Positions 53,429-64,000 of a DNA stretch of 64,000 nucleotides are shown piece after piece. The stretch is taken from contig CAVYBH010000012.1 of the NCBI GenBank assembly GCA_963766715.1, positions 704,001 through 768,000 of the forward strand, given 5' to 3'. A program made the translations under genes and the position numbers. The notes beneath the pieces are model-generated. The model did not search any database and had not been told where the DNA came from. It saw only the letters and a program-made list of their open reading frames with translations. The DNA comes from an uncultured delta proteobacterium. Lineage in GTDB: Bacteria; Myxococcota; Myxococcia; Myxococcales; Anaeromyxobacteraceae. Each line of letters opens with the position of its first letter. Within the stretch, counting starts at the first letter, position 1.

Positions 53429-55018
53429 GTGCGCTACCGCATCCCCGGCATCCAGCTCTGGCTCGACGAGCCCCCGGAGACGCTCGCCCGCAGGGTCGGC
53501 GAGCGCCTCGGCGTCCGGCCGGAGAGCCTGAAGCAGGTCTCCGTCTCGCGCCGGTCCCTCGACGCCCGCCGCAAGGGGCACCCGCGCTGGGTGATCGACG
53601 CCGAGGTCGAGGTCGAGGGCGAGCTCCACTCGGTGCCCGCCGGGGTCGACCCGATTCCCGAGCCGGAGCCGCCTCCCCCACCCGTCCGCTCGCCCGAGCT
53701 GCCGCCCGTCATCCTGGGCGCCGGCCCGGCCGGCCTGTTCTGCGCCTGGGGCCTCCTCGAACGGGGCATCCGCTCGATCGTCGTCGACCGCGGCAAGACG
53801 GTGAGCCCCCGCCGGCACGACGTGGCCCGCCTGATGCGGAGCGGGGACCTCGACGCCGAGTCGAACATGAACTTCGGGGAGGGCGGCGCGGGCGCCTACA
53901 CCGACGGAAAGCTGTCGACCCGGATCCGCCACCCGGCCGTCCGCAAGGTCGTGGAGCTCTTCGCACGCTTCGGCAACTCCGAGCAGATCCTCGTGCAGGG
54001 CAAGCCGCACGTGGGCTCCGACGTCCTCCCGGCCGCCGTCTCGGCGATGCGCGAGGAGCTGGAGCGCGGCGGCTGCCAGTTCGTCTGGAACGCCCGCGCC
54101 ACCGACATCGAGGTCGTGGAGGGGCGCGTCCGGGGCCTGGTCCTCGCCGACGGCCGCACCCTTCCCTGCGACCGGCTGGTGCTCGCGCCCGGCAACAGCG
54201 CCCGCGAGATCTACGAGCTCTTCGCCCGGCGGGGCTGGCCCATCGAGGCCAAGCCCTTCGCGGTCGGCTTCCGGGTCGAGCACCCGCAGTCCCTCATCGA
54301 CCGGATCCAGTACGGGCGCGCCGCCGGCCTGGAGGGCCTCCCCGCCGCCGATTACCGGCTCGCCGAGAATCCGAGCATCGAGGGGCGTGCGCGGGGCGTC
54401 TTCTCCTTCTGCATGTGCCCCGGCGGAGTGGTCGTGCCCACGCCCACCGAGCCCGGGATGCAGGTGACGAACGGGATGTCCAACTCGGGCCGATCCTCCC
54501 CGCTCGCCAACGCCGGGCTGGTGGTGGCCGTCTCGCCGGAGGAGTTCGCCGCCGAGGGATTCACCGGACCGCTGGCGGGGCTCGAGTGGCAGCGCAAGTG
54601 GGAGCGGGCCGCCTTCGACCTCGGGGGCGGCGGGTATCGCGCTCCGGCACAGCGCCTCGCGGCCTGGCTGGCGGGACGGCCGGGCGAGCCTCCGGGAAAG
54701 AGCTCCTACCGGCCCGGGCTCACCCACGCCGACCTCTCCCGGCTCTACCCCTCCCAGGTCCACGAGGCGCTGCGGGCCGCGGTCCGGGGATTCGACCGGC
54801 GCATGCGGGGCTTCGTCTCTCCCGACGCGCTGCTCATCGGGATCGAGAGCCGCACCAGCGCACCCTGCCGCATCGCCCGGGGGGAGGACTTCACGACGCC
54901 CGGGCTGGCCGGCCTCTACCCCGCGGGCGAGGGCGCCGGGCACGCCGGCGGGATCGTCTCGTCGGCGGTGGACGGCCTGAAGGCGGCCGAGGCCATCTGC
55001 CGGGAGCTGGGCGGCTGA
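53429..55018 (+). CDS. Uncharacterised FAD-dependent oxidoreductase
   Basis: GAGPAG, GEGGAGAYTDGKL, FCMCPGG, TNGMS, GEGAGHAGGIVSSAVDG. Confidence 0.88.
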   Translation: MRYRIPGIQLWLDEPPETLARRVGERLGVRPESLKQVSVSRRSLDARRKGHPRWVIDAEVEVEGELHSVPAGVDPIPEPEPPPPPVRSPELPPVILGAGPAGLFCAWGLLERGIRSIVVDRGKTVSPRRHDVARLMRSGDLDAESNMNFGEGGAGAYTDGKLSTRIRHPAVRKVVELFARFGNSEQILVQGKPHVGSDVLPAAVSAMREELERGGCQFVWNARATDIEVVEGRVRGLVLADGRTLPCDRLVLAPGNSAREIYELFARRGWPIEAKPFAVGFRVEHPQSLIDRIQYGRAAGLEGLPAADYRLAENPSIEGRARGVFSFCMCPGGVVVPTPTEPGMQVTNGMSNSGRSSPLANAGLVVAVSPEEFAAEGFTGPLAGLEWQRKWERAAFDLGGGGYRAPAQRLAAWLAGRPGEPPGKSSYRPGLTHADLSRLYPSQVHEALRAAVRGFDRRMRGFVSPDALLIGIESRTSAPCRIARGEDFTTPGLAGLYPAGEGAGHAGGIVSSAVDGLKAAEAICRELGG

Positions 55019-55033
55019 GGATCGACGGACCCG

Positions 55034-55396
55034 CTACTTCCCGGCGCGTCCGTAGGCGTCCTCGAGGCGGACCACGTCCTGCACCTCGGGCGTGGAGACC
55101 TCGAGGATGTCACAGTCGGTGATGGCCACCATCCGGTGCTTGGTGAGGGGCTTCACGTGGTAGCTCTCGCCCGGCCGCATGACGTGCTCGACCAGCCCGT
55201 CCCCCTCGTCGAGGACGAGCTGCAGCTCGCCCTGCCAGAGGTGGATCGTCTCGTCCTTCTTCTCGTGGTACTGCAGCGAGAGCTTGTGGCCGGCCTTCAC
55301 GTGCAGGAGCTTCCCCACGTACCGATCGGTCTGGGCCCACCACAGCTCGTGGCCCCAGGGCTTCTCGACGCGCTTCGGCTGGTCGAAGGTCTTCAT
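55034..55396 (-). CDS. Cupin (mannose-6-P isomerase type II C-terminal-like)
   Basis: KPWG, LSLQYH..K.E, HR, EVSTP, VRLEDAYGR. Confidence 0.85.
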   Translation of the reverse strand: MKTFDQPKRVEKPWGHELWWAQTDRYVGKLLHVKAGHKLSLQYHEKKDETIHLWQGELQLVLDEGDGLVEHVMRPGESYHVKPLTKHRMVAITDCDILEVSTPEVQDVVRLEDAYGRAGK

Positions 55397-55413
55397 GCGG
55401 AGCGCATCCTAGC

Positions 55414-56259
55414 TCAGTTCGCAGGGGCCACGAATCCCTTGGCCCCGGTGCTCCGCTCCAGGTCGCGGAGGTAGCGATCGGCGGCGTCCCGGGCCTCGAA
55501 CGATCCCAGCCGGACGCGGTACCAGCGCCCCTTTCCGGGAACCTCGGCGACGACGACGCGCGCACCCCGGGTGGCGAACCGCGCCGCGATCCGATCGGCC
55601 TCGGAGCGGTCCTGTGTCGAGCCGACCTGGACGACCCAGGCGCCCTTGCTCGCGGTCGCTCCCGCCCGCGGCGTGGGTACGGCAGCGGCGGCGACCGGGG
55701 TGGACTTCGGCGGGGGCGCGGCGGCGGGCTTCTGCGCCGGCGGCGTCCGGGGCGGCTCGGCGGCCACTGCCTTGGGCTCGGAGCCCTTCGCGTCGGCGGC
55801 CTTCGCGTCGGCGGCCTTCGCCTCGATGGCCTTCGGGTCGGCGGGTTTCGGCGGGGCCGCCGCGGACGATGCGGCCGGAACGGGTCCGGAGGACGGGGGC
55901 GCGGCCGCCGCCGGAGCCGGGGCCGACCTGGGCTCGGGCGCGGCTGCCCTGGGAACGGGCGGCAGCGCCTCCTGGGGCGGCCGGGGGCTGGTGAGCGTGT
56001 CGTGGTACGAGAGCTTCGCGGGCGCCTCCCCTCCGTCCGGACGCGGCGCCTGATCGAGCACGGCGAGCGGATCGGCGGGGGCTGGCGCCGGCGCCGGACG
56101 CGCGATCGCGGCGGGGCGGTCGCCCACCCGCTGCCCGATGGTGTGCCCCAGGAAGAAGGCGAGCATCAGGGCGCCGAGCGATCCGAGGATCACCGCCGCC
56201 ACCTGCCTCGCGTCGAGCGAGAACTCGAATCGTTCCCGTGCTGGTCTGTTTCCGGCCAT
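55414..56259 (-). CDS. SPOR-domain cell division protein (FtsN/DedD-like)
   Basis: TM, Pro/Ala linker, VQVGS...WYRVRLGSF; downstream of argS. Confidence 0.85.
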   Translation of the reverse strand: MAGNRPARERFEFSLDARQVAAVILGSLGALMLAFFLGHTIGQRVGDRPAAIARPAPAPAPADPLAVLDQAPRPDGGEAPAKLSYHDTLTSPRPPQEALPPVPRAAAPEPRSAPAPAAAAPPSSGPVPAASSAAAPPKPADPKAIEAKAADAKAADAKGSEPKAVAAEPPRTPPAQKPAAAPPPKSTPVAAAAVPTPRAGATASKGAWVVQVGSTQDRSEADRIAARFATRGARVVVAEVPGKGRWYRVRLGSFEARDAADRYLRDLERSTGAKGFVAPAN

Positions 56260-56287
56260 GGTCCGCCCCCCGGGGAGCGAACCGATT

Positions 56288-58075
56288 CTAGACGTCCTCG
56301 GCGATCTCGCGACTTTCCATCCGCTCCGGGGCGGAGACCCCGAGGACGGCCAGGCCGTTGGCGAGCACCTGCTTGAGGGCGAGGGCCAGCGCCAGGCGGG
56401 CCGCGGTCTTCACGGGGTCCGCGCCGATGAAGCGCTCCCCGCTCTTCTTCCCCAGCGTGTAGTAGGAGTGGAAGGCGCCGATGGTCTCCTGGAGCCAGAA
56501 GGCCACCCGGTGAGGTTCCCAGGCCATCGCCGCCCCGGCCACCAGGTCGGGGAAGACGAGGATGCGCTTCACGAGGTCCATCTCCTCCGGCGCGGTGAGG
56601 ACCGAGAGGGTCTCCAGGTCGAACCGCGGGGCCGGCGCCCCCGCCTCGGCCGCCTTCTCGAGGATGCGGGCCAGCCGGGCGTGCCCGTACTGGACGTAGA
56701 AGACGGGATTGTCGAGGGTCTGGCGCTTGGCCAGGTCCAGGTCGAAGTCGAGCTGCGCGTCGGCGCGCCGGGTGAGGAAGATGAACCGGGTCGCGTCGCG
56801 GCCGACCTCGTCGACGACCTCCCGGAGCGAGACCACCGTCCCGGCCCGCTTCGACATCTTCACGGCCTCTCCGCCGCGGGTCAGGTTCACCATCTGGATG
56901 AGGACCACGTGGAGGTCGTCGCGCGAGCCTCCCAGCGCCTCGAGGGAGGCCTTCAGGCGCGGCACGTACCCGCCGTGGTCGGCGCCCAGGACGTCGACGA
57001 GCTGGTCGGTCCGGCGGCGCTTGTCCCAGTGGTAGGCGATGTCCGCGCAGAAGTAGGTCGGGGTGCCGTCCGCCTTCTTCACCGGTCGATCGACCTCGTC
57101 GCCGTGTCGCGAGGAGCGGAACAGGAGCAGGTCCTCCCCCTCCGCGACCCCTTCCTCGTTCTCGGCGCCCGCGGCCGGCGCAGGCTGTCCCTTCCTCGAC
57201 TTCGGCGGCGGCAGCTTGCCCCAGTAGACGAGGTCCTTCGCCTCGAGCTCCTGCAGGAAGCGCTCCACGGTGCCCGAGTCGTAGAGCGCCTTCTCGGACG
57301 ACCAGACGTCGAAGGTGATCCGGATGGCGTCGAGATCGCCCCGGATCAGCTCCAGCACGTGAGCCACCCCGCGGTCCCGGAAGAGATCGAGCCACTCGGA
57401 CTCCGGGGCGTCCGCGAAGCGCGGGCCGAACTCCTCGAGCAGGCCGCGGGCGACGTCGACGACGTAGGCGCCCGGGTAGCTCTTCGGCGGCATGGTGACG
57501 GTGCGGCCGAGCAGCTCCTGGTAGCGAAGGTGGATCGACCGCGCGAGGGTCTGGACCTGGGCCCCGAAGTCGTTCACGTAGTACTCGCGGACCACCGCGT
57601 GGCCGCTCCAGTCGAGCAGGCTCGCGAGCACGTCGCCCGTCACGGCGCCGCGCCCGTGGCCGACGTGCATCGGCCCGGTCGGGTTCGCGGACACGAACTC
57701 CACGATCACCCGCTTGCCGTGGCCCGCGTCGGTTCGCCCGAACCGGCTCCCCTGCCGCTCCACCTCGGCGAGGCCTGCCAGCCACACCTCGGGGCGCAGC
57801 TTGAGGTTGACGAATCCGGGGCCGGCGATCTCGAGCGACTCGATCCGCTTCCCGCCGTCGACGGCGCGGATCTCCTCGACGATCCCCTGTGCGAGCTCGC
57901 GCGGGGGACGCCCGGCGGGCTTGGCCAGGACCATCGCGGCGTTCACCGCGAAGTCGCCGTGGCGGGGATCGCGCGGAGGCTCGACGGTGAAGGAACCCTC
58001 GACGGCCGGCCACCGCCCCGCCGCGGCGCCGCGGGCCAGGGCCGACCGGACGATGTCGACGACGTGTTCTCGCAT
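56288..58075 (-). CDS. argS: Arginyl-tRNA synthetase
   Basis: EFVSANPTGPMHVGH, KMSKR, NPVFYVQYGHAR, APERM. Confidence 0.97.
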   Translation of the reverse strand: MREHVVDIVRSALARGAAAGRWPAVEGSFTVEPPRDPRHGDFAVNAAMVLAKPAGRPPRELAQGIVEEIRAVDGGKRIESLEIAGPGFVNLKLRPEVWLAGLAEVERQGSRFGRTDAGHGKRVIVEFVSANPTGPMHVGHGRGAVTGDVLASLLDWSGHAVVREYYVNDFGAQVQTLARSIHLRYQELLGRTVTMPPKSYPGAYVVDVARGLLEEFGPRFADAPESEWLDLFRDRGVAHVLELIRGDLDAIRITFDVWSSEKALYDSGTVERFLQELEAKDLVYWGKLPPPKSRKGQPAPAAGAENEEGVAEGEDLLLFRSSRHGDEVDRPVKKADGTPTYFCADIAYHWDKRRRTDQLVDVLGADHGGYVPRLKASLEALGGSRDDLHVVLIQMVNLTRGGEAVKMSKRAGTVVSLREVVDEVGRDATRFIFLTRRADAQLDFDLDLAKRQTLDNPVFYVQYGHARLARILEKAAEAGAPAPRFDLETLSVLTAPEEMDLVKRILVFPDLVAGAAMAWEPHRVAFWLQETIGAFHSYYTLGKKSGERFIGADPVKTAARLALALALKQVLANGLAVLGVSAPERMESREIAEDV

Positions 58076-58163
58076 GGGGGCACGGTCATACCCGCGTGCG
58101 CCGCGCCCGGCAAGCTCGCGCCCCGCCGACGCTTCCGGCCGACGCGCCCCGGGCCAGAGCCCG

Positions 58164-59252
58164 TCAATCGTAGGCGTCGAAGGTCCCGCAGCGGGGACAG
58201 CGCCACGCCCGGACGGCCGCCCCGCCCCCACAGTTCCTGCAGCGCAGGAGGCCGGCGCTCCGCAGGAGCGCGGCGACCATGAGGTCGTGCCGCCCGGCCA
58301 GCTGGCCGGGCCCGGGCGGGGCCGCCTGCCGGAGCAGCTCCCGCAGCGCCAGCGTCACCTCGCCGTCGTGATCCTCCTCGAGCGCCTTCCGGAGCGACGG
58401 GAGCGCCTCGGCCTCCCGCCCGCCGTGGGCCCAGAGGCGGCCGCGCAGCGTGAGCAGCCGCGCGTCGTCCGGGCGCTCCGCGAGCGCCCGCCCCAGGGCG
58501 GCGTCGGCCACCTCGGCGGGGAGCGCCTGCAGCGCCGGCCAGGCGAGGAGCGCCGCCCCCGGCGAAAGGGACAGCGCCCGCTCGACGGCGGCGAGCGCAC
58601 CCTCCCCGTCCGCCGACCCGGCCTGCGCCTCGGCCAGCGCCAGCAGCGCGTCGGCACAGGCGGGATTGGCCGCCACCGCCTCCCGGGCGTGCGCGAGCGC
58701 CGCGTCGTCCCCGGCCTCGCGCTCGGCGCGACTCCGAGCCGCGAGCAGGTGCGCGAGCAGGCGGGGGTCCTCGGCGCATCGCTCGCGGTGGACCTGCAGC
58801 GCCTCGGCGAGGCGATGCTGGTCCACGAGCACGTCCCGCAGTCCGGCGGCGGCGATCGCGTCCCCGGCGGTGGCGAGGGGCCGGTAGGCGTCCGCGGCGT
58901 CGGCGAGCATGCCGGCGCGCCGGTAGTCGTCCGCCAGCGCCCGCTCCACCTCGGCCCTCCGTCCGGCGGCGAGGCCCGGCTTGTGGAGCATGTTGCGGTG
59001 GAGCCGGATGGCCCGCGTGACGTCCCCCTCGCGCTTGAAGAGCTCCCCCAGCGCCAGGTAGGTCTCGACCGCCTCCGGGCTGCCCAGCCGGGCCGCGTCG
59101 GAGAGGGCCTCGATGGCCGCGTCGGGGTCGTCCGAGATCATCGATCGGACGCCCTTGAGGTAGGCCTTGGCCTCCTCGCGGCGGCGCTTCAGCCGGTAGG
59201 CCAGGAAGGCGGCCACCGCGGCCAGGCCGGCGGCGATGAGGAGCCAGTGCAT
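58164..59252 (-). CDS. lapB: LapB/YciM-like TPR + rubredoxin protein
   Basis: N-terminal TM, YLKG, ALGELFKREGD..RAIRLH, CRNCG...WRCPRC. Confidence 0.8.
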   Translation of the reverse strand: MHWLLIAAGLAAVAAFLAYRLKRRREEAKAYLKGVRSMISDDPDAAIEALSDAARLGSPEAVETYLALGELFKREGDVTRAIRLHRNMLHKPGLAAGRRAEVERALADDYRRAGMLADAADAYRPLATAGDAIAAAGLRDVLVDQHRLAEALQVHRERCAEDPRLLAHLLAARSRAEREAGDDAALAHAREAVAANPACADALLALAEAQAGSADGEGALAAVERALSLSPGAALLAWPALQALPAEVADAALGRALAERPDDARLLTLRGRLWAHGGREAEALPSLRKALEEDHDGEVTLALRELLRQAAPPGPGQLAGRHDLMVAALLRSAGLLRCRNCGGGAAVRAWRCPRCGTFDAYD

Positions 59253-59272
59253 GGTCCGGGCGCGCTCCCGCC

Positions 59273-59764
59273 TCAGGCGCCGAAGGCGGCCCGGATCCGG
59301 ACCCAGCTCGCGTCGAGCGACTCGATCATGACCTTCGTGTCGGCGAGCACCGGCATGAAGTTGGTGTCCCCGCCCCACCGCGGCACGACGTGCCAGTGGA
59401 GGTGATCGGCGATGCCCGCCCCGGCCACCTTGCCCAGGTTCATCCCCACGTTCATCCCCTCGGGCCGGTAGGCCGCGCGGATGGCCGCCACCGCGCGCCG
59501 CAGCTCGTCCTGCAGGTCGGCGAAGTCGGCGGCCTCGAGGTCCTCGAGCCGGGCGACGTGGGCGCGGGGCACCGTCATCACGTGGCCGTTGTTGTACGGG
59601 AACCGGTTCAGGATCGTGAAGGCGCGCGGCGAGCGGTGGACGATCAGGTTCCTGCGGTCGGCCGCCTCCCCCTCCTCGGCGGGGAACCGGCAGAAGATGC
59701 AGCCGTCGGGCTTCTCCTGCTCGATGAACTCCATCCTCCACGGCGCCCAGAGCGGCTTCTCCAC
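59273..59764 (-). CDS. HIT family hydrolase
   Basis: LWAPWR, CIFC, NRFPYNNGH, HLHWHVVPRW.GD. Confidence 0.92.
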   Translation of the reverse strand: MEKPLWAPWRMEFIEQEKPDGCIFCRFPAEEGEAADRRNLIVHRSPRAFTILNRFPYNNGHVMTVPRAHVARLEDLEAADFADLQDELRRAVAAIRAAYRPEGMNVGMNLGKVAGAGIADHLHWHVVPRWGGDTNFMPVLADTKVMIESLDASWVRIRAAFGA

Positions 59765-59775
59765 GGTGCCTCCGC

Positions 59776-60870
59776 CTACTGGGCCAGGAAGTAGACGCCC
59801 GGGCCGTCGGCCGAGGTCGACTGACGGTGCATCTCGGTCCGGACCGACTCGGCCACCGCCTGCGCGACCTTCTGGGCCATGCCGCCCATCAGCTCCTCGA
59901 GGAACCGGGACCGCTCGTCGGGGGGATAGACCAGCCGCGGGTCGCCGCGGATCTCCGCCAGCTCCTTGGCCAGGTCGACGGCGTCCTGGAACCCGCCCAG
60001 CTCGTCGACCACGCCGAGCTCGACCGCCTGCTCGCCGGTGAAGACCCGCCCGTCGGCGAACTTCTCCACCTGCTCGACCGGCAGGTCGCGTCCCTCGGCC
60101 ACGGCCTGGATGAACTGGCGGTGGATGCGATCGGCCAGCTCCTGCCAGTAGGTCCGGTCGCCGGGGGTGAACTCGCGGAAGGGGCTTCCCGCGTCCTTGA
60201 GCTTTCCGGCCGTGACGGTGTTCATCTGGACGTCGATCTTCTTCAGCAGGCCGTTCACGTTGGGGAAGGTGCTGATGACGCCGATCGATCCGGTCAGCGT
60301 GCCCGGCTCGGCCACGATGCGATCGCAGCCCATGGCGACGAGCAGGCCCCCGGAGGCCGCCACGTTGCCCATGGCGCAGACCACCACCTTGTCCTCCGCC
60401 AGCCGCCGCAGTCCGTCCAGGATCTCCTGGCTCGTCCCGACGGCGCCGCCGGGCGAGTCGATGCGGACCACCACGGCGCGCATGTCCGAGTCCTCGCCGT
60501 AGCGCTTGAGGAGCTTCAGGACCGGCTCCGACTCCACCGACCCGCGCCCCATGCCGATCGGCCCCTTCACGTCGACCACGCCGATGCGCGGTCCGGAGGC
60601 GAGCCGCGGCGACTCCCCCTTCACCGCCCCGTAGGCGAGCCAGAGGAAGGCGAAGAACACCAGGAAGAGGCCGCCGAAGATGAAGAGCACCACGGCCAGG
60701 GCCGCGCGGTCGCGCCTCGGCGGCGGCTGGGGCGGCAGGGGCGGCGCGGGCGGCGTCGCCCAGGGCGGCGGGGGCGGAGGCGCGCTCCACTGCGGCTGCG
60801 CCTGCGCGGGCGGCGCGGCCGGGGGTACCGGGGTGGTCGGGAGGGGCTCTCCGGGATCGTTCGTGCTCAT
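59776..60870 (-). CDS. sppA: Signal peptide peptidase SppA (S49)
   Basis: IDSPGG, AASGG, TGSIGV, DGRVFTG. Confidence 0.93.
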   Translation of the reverse strand: MSTNDPGEPLPTTPVPPAAPPAQAQPQWSAPPPPPPWATPPAPPLPPQPPPRRDRAALAVVLFIFGGLFLVFFAFLWLAYGAVKGESPRLASGPRIGVVDVKGPIGMGRGSVESEPVLKLLKRYGEDSDMRAVVVRIDSPGGAVGTSQEILDGLRRLAEDKVVVCAMGNVAASGGLLVAMGCDRIVAEPGTLTGSIGVISTFPNVNGLLKKIDVQMNTVTAGKLKDAGSPFREFTPGDRTYWQELADRIHRQFIQAVAEGRDLPVEQVEKFADGRVFTGEQAVELGVVDELGGFQDAVDLAKELAEIRGDPRLVYPPDERSRFLEELMGGMAQKVAQAVAESVRTEMHRQSTSADGPGVYFLAQ

Positions 60871-60987
60871 TGCGGCCGAGAAGACCACGGGACCCGGGAG
60901 CCCGCAACTGCGCCGTGGGGCCCCGAAAAGGAGAGCGGGCGGCCCGCTCGCGCGAACCGCCCGCCGGAAACCGCGTTCGCCCGGGAC

Positions 60988-62700
<1,713 letters not shown>

Positions 62701-62890
62701 TAGATTGGGACCCGGTCCTTTGGGCTTGGGCCGACCGCGGGACCTTGGGGTCGCGCTGGTACGTCGGCGAAAGCGGCACTGCCCCCTTTGTGGATTCGCG
62801 CCGATTCCCCGGGGATCGAGGGGCTCGACGGGCCGCCAGGACACTCCTGGCGGCGAAGGTGACGGAAGCTACACGGGCAGGATCAGTGCG

Positions 62891-63739
62891 TCAAGCGCCC
62901 ACGCCCTCCATGGCTCCGAGCCGGGCGGCCACTCCCTGGATGACCCAGTCCGGTGTCGAGGCCCCTGCGCTGACCCCGACGATCACGCAGCCGGCGAACC
63001 ACTCGGCGCGCAGCTCCTCCTCGGTCTCGACGTGCCACGTCCGCGGCTGGATCTCCTTGCAGATCTCGGCCAGGTGCCGCGTGTTGGCGCTGTTCTTCCC
63101 GCCCACCACGATGACCGCGTCCACCTCGGCGGCGAGCTGGCGCGCGTCGGCCTGCCGCTCGTCGGTGTCGGCGCAGATGGTGTTCACCGCCCGCACCTCC
63201 TTGTGGCGCAGCGCGAGCGCACCCACCACGCGCTCGAAGTCGGCGCCGATGCAGGTGGTCTGGGCGATGACGGCGACCTTCTTCGCGTCGATGGGAGGGA
63301 TCTCGGCGCCGGGCTTCACCACGGTGCAAGGGCCGTGGCCGTAGCTCACCACGCCCTTCACCTCGGCGTGGTTCGGGTCGCCCACGATGACCAGGTGGTA
63401 GCCCTGCGCCGTGAGCCGCTGGGCCATGGCCTGCGGGTACTTCACGTACGGGCAGGTCCCGTCGACCACCTCGAGGCCGCGCTCCCGGGCCGCGTCGAGC
63501 TCCGGCTTCACCGCGCCGTGGGTCCGGACCACGACCGTGGTCCCCTCCGCCACCTCGGCGACCCGCTCCACGGTGCCCACGCCCATCTCGCGCGTGCGGG
63601 AGACGAACTGCGGGTTGTGGATGATGGGTCCGAGGGTGACCACCGGCGTCTGCCGCTCGTGGGCCACGTCCATCAGCTGGTCGACCGTGCGCCGCACGCC
63701 CCAGCAGAATCCCGCCGTCTTCGCGACCTTGACCTGCAT
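62891..63739 (-). CDS. ispH: HMBPP reductase (LytB)
   Basis: AGFCWGV, IIHN, DGTCP, QTT, NTICADT, SANT, GASTP. Confidence 0.96.
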   Translation of the reverse strand: MQVKVAKTAGFCWGVRRTVDQLMDVAHERQTPVVTLGPIIHNPQFVSRTREMGVGTVERVAEVAEGTTVVVRTHGAVKPELDAARERGLEVVDGTCPYVKYPQAMAQRLTAQGYHLVIVGDPNHAEVKGVVSYGHGPCTVVKPGAEIPPIDAKKVAVIAQTTCIGADFERVVGALALRHKEVRAVNTICADTDERQADARQLAAEVDAVIVVGGKNSANTRHLAEICKEIQPRTWHVETEEELRAEWFAGCVIVGVSAGASTPDWVIQGVAARLGAMEGVGA

Positions 63740-63790
63740 CAAGTCCTCTCGGGGGCGTATATAACGCCGCGCCCCTCCCGGTCCAGCCCG

Positions 63791-64000
63791 TCAGCGCCGG
63801 GCGGCCGCTCGCCTCTCGACCTCGGCGGCGAGCCGTTCCACCACCTCGTCGAGCGACAGGCCGCCCGTGTCCACCACGACGGCGTCGCCCGCGGCCCGGA
63901 GCGGGGCCACGTCGCGGGAGCTGTCGTCCCGGTCCCGCTTCCGCTGGTCGGCGAGGACGGCCTCGAAGGGCTGGGAATCGCCCTTGGCCTGGAGCTCCAG
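63791..64000 (-). CDS. cmk: Cytidylate kinase, C-terminal part (5'-partial)
   Basis: ...RDRDDSSRDVAPLRAAGDAVVVDTGGLSLDEVV...; cmk-ispH-rpsA synteny. Confidence 0.92.
   Translation of the reverse strand: MELQAKGDSQPFEAVLADQRKRDRDDSSRDVAPLRAAGDAVVVDTGGLSLDEVVERLAAEVERRAAARR

Noticed and set aside
62701..62890. Structured rpsA 5' leader or riboswitch
   Set aside because: An SD-less GC-rich leader is plausible for S1 autoregulation, but I could not match a defined motif by eye.

Overview
Very GC-rich bacterial chromosomal window. Gene content and protein sequences point to Myxococcota, probably Anaeromyxobacter-like (inference, no database search run). Mostly core genome: tRNA-Thr/Tyr/Gly/Thr-(tuf relic)-rpmG-tRNA-Trp-secE-nusG-rplKAJL-rpoBC, dnaK, ftsB-DGC-phoH, fur-feoB, clpX, truA, gap-pgk-tpiA-secG, and cmk-ispH-rpsA-sppA-hit-lapB-argS-SPOR. 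About 17 single-base indels break otherwise intact genes and look like long-read consensus errors. No CRISPR, rRNA, integrase or transposase was seen. Highlights: (1) a sulfur-relay/ubiquitin-like operon (DsrE, E1, TusA, E1', JAB, then cysC and larE) whose two ThiF/MoeB paralogs have complementary losses. One keeps the ATP site and catalytic Cys but lacks the N-terminal Arg finger; the other keeps only the Arg finger. This suggests a heterodimeric E1 built like eukaryotic SAE1-SAE2 or APPBP1-UBA3. (2) tufB collapsed to an in-frame 61-codon mini-ORF. (3) an orphan SctL-SctN-SctO ATPase module with a sigma54-type promoter, next to a sigma70 factor lacking most of region 3. (4) c-di-GMP components (DmxA-like DGC behind ftsB, CdbA/B-like RHH) and a small basic candidate nucleoid protein.
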